A program made the translations under genes and the position numbers. The notes under the pieces are model-generated. The model worked only from the letters and a program-made list of their open reading frames with translations, did not search any database and was not told the origin of the DNA. From Dehalococcoidia bacterium UBA7891 (GTDB lineage: Bacteria > Chloroflexota > Dehalococcoidia > Lucifugimonadales > UBA826), in contig DLRJ01000117.1 in the NCBI GenBank assembly GCA_002500485.1, positions 69,226-133,225 of the forward strand: a DNA stretch of 64,000 nt, given 5' to 3'. Each line of letters begins with the position of its first letter. Within the stretch, counting starts at the first letter, position 1. Positions 35,520-45,631 of the stretch are shown here, one piece after another.

Positions 35520-36620
35520 TTGTTAGAACAATTCAAAGTGCAACCGGAAGATCAAGTTAGAGTAACCGAAGATAACCTTAGAAAAACGGTGGAGGCTGTA
35601 TTTGCAAAAATGGGGCTTGACGACTCTGATTCAGCATTGGGGGCTGATGTTTTAGTAAAAGCAGATATGAGAGGTGTTGACACTCATGGTGTCTCTAATA
35701 TGTTGCGGTCTTATGTCACCGGGTATGGGAACGGGGAACTTAATTCTCATCCTAATTGGACTATAACAAGAGAAACCCCGTCTACCGCAAATATTGATGG
35801 CGATAGAGGCTTGGGGATAATTGTAACTCCGAAAGCAATGGATATAGCGATTGAAAAGGCTAAGAATGTGGGTATGGGAGTCGTGACTATTCATAATTCG
35901 AGGCATCTTGGCATGGCTTCATATCATGCTTTGAAAGCAGTGGACAACGACATGATAGGCATGTGTATGACATCGTGCCCTCCTGGGGTTTTACCAACCT
36001 TCGGAGCAGAACCTGTTTTGGGTACGAATCCGATAGCGATTGCGGCTCCTGCTGATAAAGAGGCTCCCTTTGTGTTTGATGCTGCCATGAGTGCAGTTGC
36101 AGGCAATAAACTAGGGCTTGCTAGAAGAAATGGCACGCAATTATTAGGAGGATGGGTGGCCGATCATGATGGTAGCCCTATTATGGATAAAGTGGACCCC
36201 CCAACACCAGGCTATGAAGGTTCTGCTTCATCCTATTTGCTTCCTGTTGGAGGGACGCGAGAATTAGGCTCACATAAAGGGTATGGGATGATGTGCATGG
36301 TCGACATATTAGGAGGTATTCTGACAGGAGGCGGGTATGGGATGAACCCTGGCCGACCAAATTTTGGGCATTATGTAGCTGCCTACAACATCGAAGCCTT
36401 TATGGACACAAAAGAATTTAAAATAACCATGGATGAATGGATTAATATGCTGAATTCTTCTAAACCAGCACCCGGTCATGATCGAGTTATGTATCCGGGC
36501 CAGCCCGAGCATGAGGCAGCGATTGAAAGATCTGAAAATGGTATACCCTTACATTATGAGGTTATAGACTGGTTTAAAGATATATGCGGTGAATTGTCTA
36601 TTCCCTTTTCCCTGGTTTAG
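35520..36620 (+). CDS. Ldh_2-family (malate/L-lactate/sulfolactate-type) NAD(P)H-dependent dehydrogenase
   Basis: RGVDTHGV, LGTNPIA, GSHKGYG motifs of the Ldh_2 family. TTG start with GAAGGGGGA RBS. Confidence 0.8.
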   Translation: MLEQFKVQPEDQVRVTEDNLRKTVEAVFAKMGLDDSDSALGADVLVKADMRGVDTHGVSNMLRSYVTGYGNGELNSHPNWTITRETPSTANIDGDRGLGIIVTPKAMDIAIEKAKNVGMGVVTIHNSRHLGMASYHALKAVDNDMIGMCMTSCPPGVLPTFGAEPVLGTNPIAIAAPADKEAPFVFDAAMSAVAGNKLGLARRNGTQLLGGWVADHDGSPIMDKVDPPTPGYEGSASSYLLPVGGTRELGSHKGYGMMCMVDILGGILTGGGYGMNPGRPNFGHYVAAYNIEAFMDTKEFKITMDEWINMLNSSKPAPGHDRVMYPGQPEHEAAIERSENGIPLHYEVIDWFKDICGELSIPFSLV

Positions 36621-36631
36621 TGTAGATATAC

Positions 36632-36662
36632 TCGTCAGGGCTCCTTTATTGGGCCCTGACGA
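36632..36662. terminator. bidirectional stem-loop between convergent genes
   Basis: TCGTCAGGGC (36632-36641) pairs perfectly with GCCCTGACGA (36653-36662) around an 11-nt loop. It sits 12 nt after the Ldh_2 stop and 7 nt after the ThDP-enzyme stop. The T-tract is weak (AAATTGTTT). Confidence 0.55.
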
Positions 36663-36668
36663 AATTGT

Positions 36669-38282
36669 TTAGTAATCCCTGAAAGGATTAGGCATTGGCC
36701 CTACTGGTACCTCTATCAATGTCGGAGCCTCTATACCCAGGGACTCTTGCACAGCTTTTCCTAATTCAGGTGCTCCACCTTCGACTCTTACACCCCTTAC
36801 ACCAAAAGCTTCAGCGAGCTTCATGAAATCTGGGTTATGAACCTCAGCTCCATATTCTCTTCCATCAAACATGTTGACCTGATCTCTCATTACATTTCCG
36901 TAAGCGCTATCGTTAAACACAACAGCAACCACGTTAATGTGGTGTTTTGCAGCTGTGGCTAATTCTTGTACATTGAACATAAATCCACCATCCCCACAAA
37001 CAGCAACGACTGCCTTATCTGGTTGTGCAACTTTAGCGCCTAATGCGGTTGGATAAGCATATCCAAGGTTACCGTAATAGGAGGAGGTAATGTAGGTCCT
37101 CGGTTCATAAACTTCAAATTTATTCCTACTGTAATATCCAATTTGCGTCATGCCGGAGATGAATATTCCATCATCTGGCATGACACTTCGAATGACTTTG
37201 GTAAAAGATTCTTGCGGCTCAATTACAGTGCCAGGATTAAATCGTTCGGCCTTTACCTTTGTGAGTTCTTCTTCTCTGCTTTCACGAGGCGGCATCACGT
37301 TTTTTAGTCCATTTAGAATCTCTGTGAGAGTCTTTTTGGCGTCGCCATTTATTCCTTCTGTGTTGTCATAATTACGACCGATTTCTTCATCGTCTATGTC
37401 GATTTGCAGGACTTTTTGCCCTGTGAATTGTTGGTTGTTCAATAACCTTGTTCCAACCGCTACGACCAGGTCATAGTCTTGGATTTTGTTTTCAAAAAAG
37501 GTGTCGTTTTTGAACCGGAAACTACCAATCGATAGGTAACTTCTGTCTGAAATAGCCCCTCTACCTTCACCGGTTGCTATAACAGGGGCTTGTAGAAATT
37601 CCGCTAAAGATGTGAGTTCCTTTGATGCTTCTCCAGATATCACACCTCCACCAGCCCATATAAGAGGATTTTTTGCATTGGAAATAAGATCGATTCCCCG
37701 ACTTACGCTTTCTTTACTGCCAACAGGTCTCTCATATTTTCCAGCTTCCAATAACTCAATGTCAGCTGTGTCGGAAAGGGTTTCTGGGGGTATTTCTATT
37801 TGAACCGGCCTTGGCCTGCCTGTTTGAAGTTGCTTAAAGGCCTCATGTACGGCCTCTGGTATCTTAACGGGATCCAGTATTAGTTTTTGATGTTTGGTAA
37901 TGGGTTTTATTGTTTCAATTTGACCTTTTATTTCATGGAGCATTCCTCTTTCAAGGCCAATGTGGTCTCTCTCAATTTGACCCGAGACAACTAAGATAGG
38001 AGATGATGCTGAATATGCTGTACCTATTCCTGCACTGGCGTTTTGAAGGCCCGGTCCTGGCACAACCAATGCTGTGCCTATTCCTCCTCCTGCCCGTGAA
38101 TATCCATCAGCCATGTAGGTAGTAGCTTGCTCATGCCGGGTATTAATAAACCGTATTCCGGGTTCTTTTGCCAATCCGTCAAGGAGATGGTAAAGCTGTA
38201 CCCCCGGCAACCCAAAAATTACTCTTACCCCTTCTCGGTAAAGTGATTTCGCGAGAGCTTCGCCTCCAGTCATTTTTGTCAT
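36669..38282 (-). CDS. thiamine-diphosphate-dependent enzyme (acetolactate-synthase-like family)
   Basis: Three-domain Pyr/central/PP layout. ThDP motif GDGGFMFNVQELATA...NDSAYGN. Confidence 0.85.
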   Translation of the reverse strand: MTKMTGGEALAKSLYREGVRVIFGLPGVQLYHLLDGLAKEPGIRFINTRHEQATTYMADGYSRAGGGIGTALVVPGPGLQNASAGIGTAYSASSPILVVSGQIERDHIGLERGMLHEIKGQIETIKPITKHQKLILDPVKIPEAVHEAFKQLQTGRPRPVQIEIPPETLSDTADIELLEAGKYERPVGSKESVSRGIDLISNAKNPLIWAGGGVISGEASKELTSLAEFLQAPVIATGEGRGAISDRSYLSIGSFRFKNDTFFENKIQDYDLVVAVGTRLLNNQQFTGQKVLQIDIDDEEIGRNYDNTEGINGDAKKTLTEILNGLKNVMPPRESREEELTKVKAERFNPGTVIEPQESFTKVIRSVMPDDGIFISGMTQIGYYSRNKFEVYEPRTYITSSYYGNLGYAYPTALGAKVAQPDKAVVAVCGDGGFMFNVQELATAAKHHINVVAVVFNDSAYGNVMRDQVNMFDGREYGAEVHNPDFMKLAEAFGVRGVRVEGGAPELGKAVQESLGIEAPTLIEVPVGPMPNPFRDY

Positions 38283-38299
38283 GAATGTTTCTCCTAGTT

Positions 38300-39463
38300 C
38301 TAGGTTCTATTTTTGTAGCTTTCTGTTGCCTTGTTGAGAGATACAGTTTTCAAGGCTTGCAAGTTATCTCTATTATCTTCAGACCATTTTTGAGATGTCA
38401 CCAAATTGTTAAGTGAGCCTTGGAAATGGGGCATTACGTATCGGGCAATCAATTCGTAACTGTGCCGTACTTGTTCTCTAGTTCCCCATTCTGTGGCTTG
38501 AATCATAAAACCGCCAAACCCTCCGCTTTGATCACCCAGTTCTTTGATTTTTTCTATGAGATCATCTGGTGTTCCAACACACCAAGCCCCGTTATCAACC
38601 ATGTAGTCTATTATTTTGTCCTTGGGTCCGTCGTAATCAAAAGGTGTTCCCATAGTTTGATGGAAGTAGTCGTATTGGTATGCGGCCGATTTTTCTCTTG
38701 CTTGGTCCATAGCTTCTTTTTTGGTGTCAGCTAGATGAACGTGTAAGACGATTCTCCAGTCATTTCTGTCGACTGTTTGATGATATTTTTCCGCTGTATC
38801 TTCTGCGATCTTCCAGAAGTCTCCCAAATTAGATGCTATGCTCCCACCTCTTACTACGCTAACAGAAAGCACTCCCAGGCCATGCTTACCGGCTGCAACC
38901 ATCCCTGAAGGTGATTGTGCTGCTGCAACGGCCATCGGAAAATGTGGTTCTGTGTAGGGTCTCAAATGTATTAAAGCCTCTCGTAAAGTGAACCAGTCAG
39001 ATTCATAGGTTATAGGCTCTGTTTCTGTAAGAAGCCTTTTTATTATGCCTATTGCTTCGTCCATGCGGGGTCTTTGTAAAGATGGTTCAATACCAAGTGC
39101 ATAGGCATCCGAAACCAAAGCACCTGGCCCTACACCCAACATCACTCTTCCTCGAGTCAAATGATCTAATAAAACCATACGATTTGTAAGCATAAGAGGA
39201 TGGTGATATGGCAAACTGGCGACCCCTGTGCCTAGTTTTATGTGTTTGGTTCTTTCTGCTGCGACTCCCATAAATACCTCAGGAGAAGATATAGTCTCCC
39301 ATCCCGCGCTGTGGTGCTCACCTATCCAAGCCTCATCGAAACCTAGATGATCCAACCACTGTATCGTTTCCAGATCCCTTTCTAGGGCGAGAGTTGGGTT
39401 GTCGCCCAGCCAGTGGAAAGGTGCTAGGAAAATTCCAAATTTCATGCGGTTGGGTAAGGTCAT
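38300..39463 (-). CDS. LLM-class (luciferase-like) flavin-dependent monooxygenase/oxidoreductase
   Basis: MKFGIF..., GFDEAWIGEHH, LGTGV..LPYHHP, GRV.LGVG: bacterial luciferase-family TIM barrel. Confidence 0.85.
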   Translation of the reverse strand: MTLPNRMKFGIFLAPFHWLGDNPTLALERDLETIQWLDHLGFDEAWIGEHHSAGWETISSPEVFMGVAAERTKHIKLGTGVASLPYHHPLMLTNRMVLLDHLTRGRVMLGVGPGALVSDAYALGIEPSLQRPRMDEAIGIIKRLLTETEPITYESDWFTLREALIHLRPYTEPHFPMAVAAAQSPSGMVAAGKHGLGVLSVSVVRGGSIASNLGDFWKIAEDTAEKYHQTVDRNDWRIVLHVHLADTKKEAMDQAREKSAAYQYDYFHQTMGTPFDYDGPKDKIIDYMVDNGAWCVGTPDDLIEKIKELGDQSGGFGGFMIQATEWGTREQVRHSYELIARYVMPHFQGSLNNLVTSQKWSEDNRDNLQALKTVSLNKATESYKNRT

Positions 39464-39572
39464 TTGGTTTATTTTGCTCCTTGTTATAATGGCAAACCAT
39501 GTATACGGCAGATTACAGTGGGGATTAAACCGTGAAATGTTATCATCAGGCCTATCCCTTCTTCAAACCCTT

Positions 39573-40385
39573 TTACATGTATTCGTGTTCTTTTAGGACA
39601 GCAAGGTCTTTACATGACATGAAAGAGGTTCCTTGAAAACTTTTTATCAGGGTTATCAATTTATCCAGCATGTTGAGCCTGCCTGGTCTTCCTATAATCC
39701 ATGGGTGCATAGTTAAGACAAAGGTTCTTTTATATTTATATAAACCTTCAAATGCCGCAGACCAAACCGAATATACATGTTGAGGGCTCGCCATGACATT
39801 AGTTTGATTCAGGAAAGGAATGTAATTGAAAAACGGGTGATCATCCAATTCCCAATGTATCGGGATTTCTATCATAGGTGATTCTTTGGTATGTACAAGA
39901 TATGGAACGTCATTTCCCATCATACTTGAGTCATATAGAAAATGGTTCCTTTTTAATATTTCCAATGAATCAGGACTCAATTCCCAACTAGGAGATCTAT
40001 ACCCTACTGGAGACTGACCTGTTATATCTTTTAGTATTTCCGATCCTTGCAGTAGTACTTGTTCCTCCTCTTGTGAGGTCAATGTGGCAGGAGGCTCATG
40101 CATATAGCCGTGGTTTCCTATCTCATGGCCTCTTTGATGAATGTCCAATACCAATTCTGGATGTGTTTCGGCTATGAAGCCTGGTATGAAAAAAGAAGAT
40201 TTTATTTTGTGTGTATCCAATAGGTCTAGAATTCTCGGGGTCGCAATCGAAGGACCATACTCTCTCATAGACATTAGAGTAGGTAAATTCTTGGATGCTG
40301 GGTTTCTGTTAATGGTTCCACTGATGCCATCTAGATCAAAACTTATCACTATCGGGCAAAGTATTTTGTCAGGCCAAGTTACCAT
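39573..40385 (-). CDS. polysaccharide deacetylase (NodB/CE4) family protein
   Basis: SFDLDG (metal Asp pair region) and EIGNHGYMHE (H-x4-H) motifs. Confidence 0.8.
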   Translation of the reverse strand: MVTWPDKILCPIVISFDLDGISGTINRNPASKNLPTLMSMREYGPSIATPRILDLLDTHKIKSSFFIPGFIAETHPELVLDIHQRGHEIGNHGYMHEPPATLTSQEEEQVLLQGSEILKDITGQSPVGYRSPSWELSPDSLEILKRNHFLYDSSMMGNDVPYLVHTKESPMIEIPIHWELDDHPFFNYIPFLNQTNVMASPQHVYSVWSAAFEGLYKYKRTFVLTMHPWIIGRPGRLNMLDKLITLIKSFQGTSFMSCKDLAVLKEHEYM

Positions 40386-40396
40386 TTTAGATCCGT

Positions 40397-42094
40397 TTAC
40401 TTTCCCAATAGTCTGGCCACTTCTTCAATGCAATTTTCAATTGGGATAGTGTATCCCTGTTGTTCATTCCGTATTTTGATTTCGACTACATTGTTTTCTA
40501 TGTTTCGGCTACTTACAACCACTCTCAATGGCATACCTAATAGGTCTGCATCATTGAATTTGACTCCCGCAGATTCTTGCCTATCGTCCCAAAGCACCTC
40601 AATGCCTGTTCGTGACATTTCTGTGTATATGTTCTCTGATGTCTCCATGACCTGGATCTTATCAGTGTTCAGAGATGTAAGTATCACCTCGTATGGAGCA
40701 ATGGTCTTCGGGAATATTATCCCTTTATTATCAGCATGTTGTTCTATTGCCCCAGCGAGAATCCGTCCGACCCCAATTCCATAGCATCCCATGACTATAG
40801 GTTGTGGATTTCCGTCTTGGTCTGGAAACTTGGCATCCATTGACTCGGAATAACGCGTGCCTAATTTAAATACGTGCCCAATTTCTATCCCTCGTTTTGT
40901 ATGCAAGGTTCCGATGCAATTCGGACATAAAAACCCATCTTCTGCCAAGGCAATATCGGTTAGTATTTCAGCTTGAAAATCTCTCGGATGATTTATTCCT
41001 GACAGATGGTATCCCTCTTTATTTGCACCTGCCAAAAAATTGTTGCCCAAAGTGATAGAGTCATCTGCAATCACCTTAATATCTTTCACTCCTATTGGAG
41101 AGGCAGAACCCGATATTAATCCCTGTTGAGCAACTTCTTGTTTTGTGGCTAGTCTTAGATCAACTGCACTTATGTTGTTCTTTAACTTCACTTCGTTGAT
41201 TTCCAAATCACCACGAATAACCACGATAAGGAATTCTTGGTCTGATTTATAGAAGACTGACTTGAGGGTTTTTTCCGGGCCCACTGAGAGATATTTGCAG
41301 AGTTGGTTTATGGTTTTTACCCCGGGAGTAGGGACTTCTTTTTGCCCCGTTTCAGGTTCGTCGGGATTCGATAGCTTGGTGAATTCTGATTTTTCTCCAT
41401 TGGCCGCATAGGAGCAACTGTCACACATTACTATTGTGTCCTCTCCTGAATCCGATAGAAGAATAAATTCTTTAGAATCTTTGCCCCCGATTGCACCGCT
41501 GTCTGCCTCTACTATCACAGTTTCAATTCCGCAGCGCTTGAAAATGTTGACATATGCACTGATCATTAAGTCATAACTCAGGTTTAACCCTTCCGTATTA
41601 ATGTCAAAGCTGTAGGCATCCATCATGTCAAATTCTCTAACTCTTATCAGACCACCTCTGGGCCTAGGTTCATCCCTAAATTTTGTTTGGATATGGTACA
41701 AAGTGAATGGAAAATCCCTGTAACTTTGGATGAAACTTTTTACTGTCTCGGTCATCAATTCTTCATTGGTAGGAGGCAAGGCTAAATGCCGTCCTCTACG
41801 GTCCTGGAGTCTAATCATGTCCGGCCCGTAAATTTCGTCTCTTCCGGACTTTTGCCAAATTTCCCTCGGCTGCAATAACCCTAGTTTTACCTCTTGCGCT
41901 CCTGCATTATCCATTTCTTCTCTAATGATCTGTTCAATTTTGCGCAACGATTTCCATGCGAGTGGTAAGTAGCTGTATACGCCAGAAGAAACTTGGTGCA
42001 CCATTCCGGCTTGCAGCAATAACTTATGGCTTATTAATTCAGTGTCACTAGGGGCATTTCTCAAGGTTCTTACGAATAATCGGGATAATTTCAT
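40397..42094 (-). CDS. proS: proline--tRNA ligase (bacterial type with INS editing domain)
   Basis: Class II motifs (FRDE.RPR.GL.R.REF), central INS domain, C-terminal anticodon-binding domain. Confidence 0.95.
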   Translation of the reverse strand: MKLSRLFVRTLRNAPSDTELISHKLLLQAGMVHQVSSGVYSYLPLAWKSLRKIEQIIREEMDNAGAQEVKLGLLQPREIWQKSGRDEIYGPDMIRLQDRRGRHLALPPTNEELMTETVKSFIQSYRDFPFTLYHIQTKFRDEPRPRGGLIRVREFDMMDAYSFDINTEGLNLSYDLMISAYVNIFKRCGIETVIVEADSGAIGGKDSKEFILLSDSGEDTIVMCDSCSYAANGEKSEFTKLSNPDEPETGQKEVPTPGVKTINQLCKYLSVGPEKTLKSVFYKSDQEFLIVVIRGDLEINEVKLKNNISAVDLRLATKQEVAQQGLISGSASPIGVKDIKVIADDSITLGNNFLAGANKEGYHLSGINHPRDFQAEILTDIALAEDGFLCPNCIGTLHTKRGIEIGHVFKLGTRYSESMDAKFPDQDGNPQPIVMGCYGIGVGRILAGAIEQHADNKGIIFPKTIAPYEVILTSLNTDKIQVMETSENIYTEMSRTGIEVLWDDRQESAGVKFNDADLLGMPLRVVVSSRNIENNVVEIKIRNEQQGYTIPIENCIEEVARLLGK

Positions 42095-42115
42095 ATAATA
42101 AATGCCTTCTAGGAA

Positions 42116-43267
42116 TCAACTAACAGATTTTTTTGTTGGCTGTGATAATTCTTTTTCGACTTGTTTAATTTCTGCCATCAGTTCAGTAAGCATGTTGGAT
42201 TCATCCACGATTTTTGACTTTTTTCCTTTACGGAAAATCACTGCTTTACCCACCCCGGCGGCAATTCCAATATCAGCATCTTTGGCCTCTCCCGGGCCAT
42301 TGACCTCACATCCCATAACAGCGACCTTGATATGTGTTCTTGTATCCTGTAGTAGTTGGTCAACTTGGTTGGCCAAGCCCCTTACATCTACATCAGCTCT
42401 TCCGCAACTCGGACAGGCTACGAGAATAGCTCCTTCTTTTTTTAGGCCTAATGCTTTTAATATTTCAAGCCCAGTAATCACCTCTTCGACTGCATTATCA
42501 CTAAGGCTTACGCGTATTGTGTCTCCAATACCTTCATAAAGTAATACGCCCAATCCTATTGCACTTCTTATACTGCCTGATTTTGCTGTACCAGCTTCTG
42601 TTATACCCAGATGAAGAGGGTATGGGATCAATTTTGACATTCTTCTGTAGGCATCTACTGTTGTATCTATATCAAAGGCTTTTAGGGATATTTTAATTAG
42701 ATCAAAATCCAAATTTTCAAGTAGGTCAATTTCCCACAGGCCAGTAGCAACCATATGATCTACGGCAGTATAGTCTGAGCTAGGTGTACTTCCCTTGGTT
42801 AGTAGGTTTACCCCGTCATCGTGCCTGTTCAAGCCACGTGTTTTCCCTATAGCTCCTACTGGAGGAAGACTTCCGAAATTTACACCTATCCTGATTGGCA
42901 CTTCTCGCTGTTTGGCCAATTTGACCACCTCTTTTACCTTTTCTTCGTCCCTTATGTTTCCTGGGTTAAGCCTTAGGCAATCAACGCCGCTTTTTAACGA
43001 TTCTATAGCCAATTCATGATGGAAATGTATGTCTGCAACGACAGGTATACGTGCACCTTTTTTTATTTCTTTTAATGCTTTTGCAGCCTCCATGTCAGGC
43101 ACGGCACAGCGAATTATCTCGCAACCCGCGTTTTCCAGTTCCTTTATTTCAATAAGTGTAGATTTCACATCTCTGGTGTCAGTTTTTGTCATGGATTGGA
43201 CCGATATGGGCGCGTCCCCACCAACTTTTACGTCGCCTACAAAAACAGGTTTTGTTACTCTACGCAT
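42116..43267 (-). CDS. ispG: 4-hydroxy-3-methylbut-2-en-1-yl diphosphate synthase
   Basis: VGGDAPISVQSMT, RINPGN-like (RLNPGNI), CPSCGR...GCEVNGPGE cluster-binding cysteines. Confidence 0.95.
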   Translation of the reverse strand: MRRVTKPVFVGDVKVGGDAPISVQSMTKTDTRDVKSTLIEIKELENAGCEIIRCAVPDMEAAKALKEIKKGARIPVVADIHFHHELAIESLKSGVDCLRLNPGNIRDEEKVKEVVKLAKQREVPIRIGVNFGSLPPVGAIGKTRGLNRHDDGVNLLTKGSTPSSDYTAVDHMVATGLWEIDLLENLDFDLIKISLKAFDIDTTVDAYRRMSKLIPYPLHLGITEAGTAKSGSIRSAIGLGVLLYEGIGDTIRVSLSDNAVEEVITGLEILKALGLKKEGAILVACPSCGRADVDVRGLANQVDQLLQDTRTHIKVAVMGCEVNGPGEAKDADIGIAAGVGKAVIFRKGKKSKIVDESNMLTELMAEIKQVEKELSQPTKKSVS

Positions 43268-43298
43268 TTAAAATCCCTGGTGATTTATTAATTAATAA

Positions 43299-44492
43299 CT
43301 ACCTGAAAAAACTATTTCCACTTAATATTCGGATTATGTCAAAATAACTCATCACCACCACCAGTCCGATTAGTAGAATGAATCCCGCCATATGGATGAT
43401 TCCTTCCTTTTCCGGAGAAACCTTCTTGCCACCTCGAATTCCTTCAATCAATACGAACATTAGTCTACCTCCATCCAGAGCAGGGATGGGTAATAGATTA
43501 ACGATTCCCAAGCTGATGCTGATTAAGGCGGTAAGTTCAAAAATAGGGGCGATTCCCACCTTAGCGACTTCTCCGGTAACCTGAGCAATCCCGATTGGAC
43601 CGGTCAATCCAGGGTTTTGGCCACTACTTACTAAACTACCGATTCCTTGTGCTGAAAATGAGATAACTTCACCTATTTTACTAAATGCTGTTGGTATAGC
43701 TTCATGCAAAGGAAGTTGATCTTTAACTACTTTACTATTAGCGGTCCCGATTAATACCCCAATAGAACCTTGACGTAAAACGTCTCCGATTTCTAGGGAT
43801 GGATTGTATTGTTTTGCATCAGATAGTGATATTTCTTTTGTGGATTCCGATACTATTTCTACTACCCTGTAGGAAGGAGAGGTTTCCCGGGGTGTTAGGC
43901 GAATATACTTAGAAGTCGCAAATTCGGGAGATCCAAGTAACCCTAAACGTGAATTGTCTTTTCTTATTAACAGCTCGACTTCAGTGCCCTGCTTGGTTGA
44001 TATTTCTTTAACAAGCTCCATATGGTTAGAGATTCGTAAGGAGTTTATTTCTAGTATTGCGTCGCCTTCTTGAAGCCCAGATTCTTCAGCAGGTGAATTT
44101 GGTGCTACCCCACTGACAGTAACAGTACCAACTAATGTGTCGTGGGGTAGTGAAAGGATAATTGCAAATATAAATAAAGGTAAAAGGAGATTCATAAACG
44201 AACCAGCAGTCAAGACAATTGATCGTTTGAGGATTGATTGTCTTGCAAAACTTCTGGGTTCTGTAGGGTCTTCTTCACCAACCATTTTGACAAATCCGCC
44301 AAGAGGAATTAGATTGATGGAATATAAGGTTTCTCCAATAGATATTCCCCACAACCGGGGCGGGAAACCAAATCCAAACTCCGTCACTTTGATTCCAAAA
44401 CGCTTAGCTGTTAAAAAATGACCAAGTTCATGTACAAATACTAGAATCGACAATACCGGAATAACTAGTAACCAACTTGGCATGGATATCAA
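43299..44492 (-). CDS. rseP: RIP metalloprotease RseP (site-2 protease, M50)
   Basis: HELGHF zinc motif, PDZ domain, C-terminal NLLPIPALDGG. Confidence 0.9.
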   Translation of the reverse strand: MISMPSWLLVIPVLSILVFVHELGHFLTAKRFGIKVTEFGFGFPPRLWGISIGETLYSINLIPLGGFVKMVGEEDPTEPRSFARQSILKRSIVLTAGSFMNLLLPLFIFAIILSLPHDTLVGTVTVSGVAPNSPAEESGLQEGDAILEINSLRISNHMELVKEISTKQGTEVELLIRKDNSRLGLLGSPEFATSKYIRLTPRETSPSYRVVEIVSESTKEISLSDAKQYNPSLEIGDVLRQGSIGVLIGTANSKVVKDQLPLHEAIPTAFSKIGEVISFSAQGIGSLVSSGQNPGLTGPIGIAQVTGEVAKVGIAPIFELTALISISLGIVNLLPIPALDGGRLMFVLIEGIRGGKKVSPEKEGIIHMAGFILLIGLVVVMSYFDIIRILSGNSFFR

Positions 44493-45631
44493 TTACCTGA
44501 GGTCAGTTCGGACACTCGGTCATAGGCCCAATGGGATGCTTTCAACATCTCAGCGGTAGTAGGTTTTGTTATTGATTCGTGGTTCTGTATCGCCTGTTCG
44601 ATGAGAGTGTGTATTTCAGTGAATTTGATTCTGCTATCAAGGAATGCTTCCACAGCAGCTTCATCGGCTCCGCTAAGAGCTGAAGGCCAGGTCCCTCCTC
44701 GCTTGGCAATTTTCAAAGCAATTTCAAAACACGGATATTTGTCTTGATCAAGACTTTCAAAAGTGAGCGATTTAGTTTTATTTGGATCGAAAGGGTTTGT
44801 ATTTGATTTTGGTGCCCGATCCGGAAAAAACAAAGCATGCTTTATCGGTACAATCATATCGGGATAACTTAGTTGAGCTTTTGTTGAACCGTCTGAAAAT
44901 TCAACCATTGAATGTATTATGCTCTCAGGATGTACAATAACTTCTATATTTTCCCACGGTACATTGAATAACCACCTAGCCTCAATCACCTCGAACGCTT
45001 TATTCATCATTGTGGCAGAGTCAACACTAATCTTCTGACCCATTTTCCAGGTCGGATGCTGCAATGCATTAGTGGGAGTGACGTTTGGTAAAGATCTCAC
45101 AGGGGTATTTCTAAATGGTCCCCCGGATGCGGTTATTATCAATTTGGAAATATTGTTATTTTCTCCCCGTAAGCACTGCCAGATTGCACTCGGTTCGCTG
45201 TCAATTGGCATTAAGCTGACGGAGTTTGACTCGGCTAGAGAAGTTAATTGCTCTCCTGCCATTATGATCGTTTCTTTATTTGCGATTGCTATGTTCTTCC
45301 CTTTTTTAATTGCTTCAAAAGTGGGAATCAAAGCCACATTTCCGGATGTTGCTACTACGACAGTATCGACTCCTTCATAGGTGGCTATTTCAGAAAGAGA
45401 CACTATCTCTTCGGCTATTTCACCATTGGCACTCAATTCTTTATGGAAATCGCAGGATATTGCCTGAGGTTGAAATTCAAGAATTTGTTCTTTTAATATT
45501 TGTGTATTTTTATTAGCACCGAGGCATACTACATTGAAATCTTCAGGATAACTTCGCGCTACTTCCAGTGTTTGAGCACCCACGGAGCCTGTAGAACCGA
45601 GGATGGATATGTTTTTCTTACTCCTATTCAT
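44489..45631 (-). CDS. dxr: 1-deoxy-D-xylulose 5-phosphate reductoisomerase
   Basis: ILGSTGSVG, ANKE, LIITASGGPFR, HPTWKMG, NKAFEVIEA. Confidence 0.95.
   Translation of the reverse strand: MNRSKKNISILGSTGSVGAQTLEVARSYPEDFNVVCLGANKNTQILKEQILEFQPQAISCDFHKELSANGEIAEEIVSLSEIATYEGVDTVVVATSGNVALIPTFEAIKKGKNIAIANKETIIMAGEQLTSLAESNSVSLMPIDSEPSAIWQCLRGENNNISKLIITASGGPFRNTPVRSLPNVTPTNALQHPTWKMGQKISVDSATMMNKAFEVIEARWLFNVPWENIEVIVHPESIIHSMVEFSDGSTKAQLSYPDMIVPIKHALFFPDRAPKSNTNPFDPNKTKSLTFESLDQDKYPCFEIALKIAKRGGTWPSALSGADEAAVEAFLDSRIKFTEIHTLIEQAIQNHESITKPTTAEMLKASHWAYDRVSELTSGN

Noticed and set aside
36669-38282. Calling the ThDP enzyme sulfoacetaldehyde acetyltransferase (Xsc) and the Ldh_2 protein sulfolactate dehydrogenase (ComC).
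   Set aside because: Only family-level motifs are visible, and the N-terminus looks like generic acetolactate-synthase-like proteins. A specific function cannot be supported without phylogeny, so it is kept as a hypothesis in the findings only.
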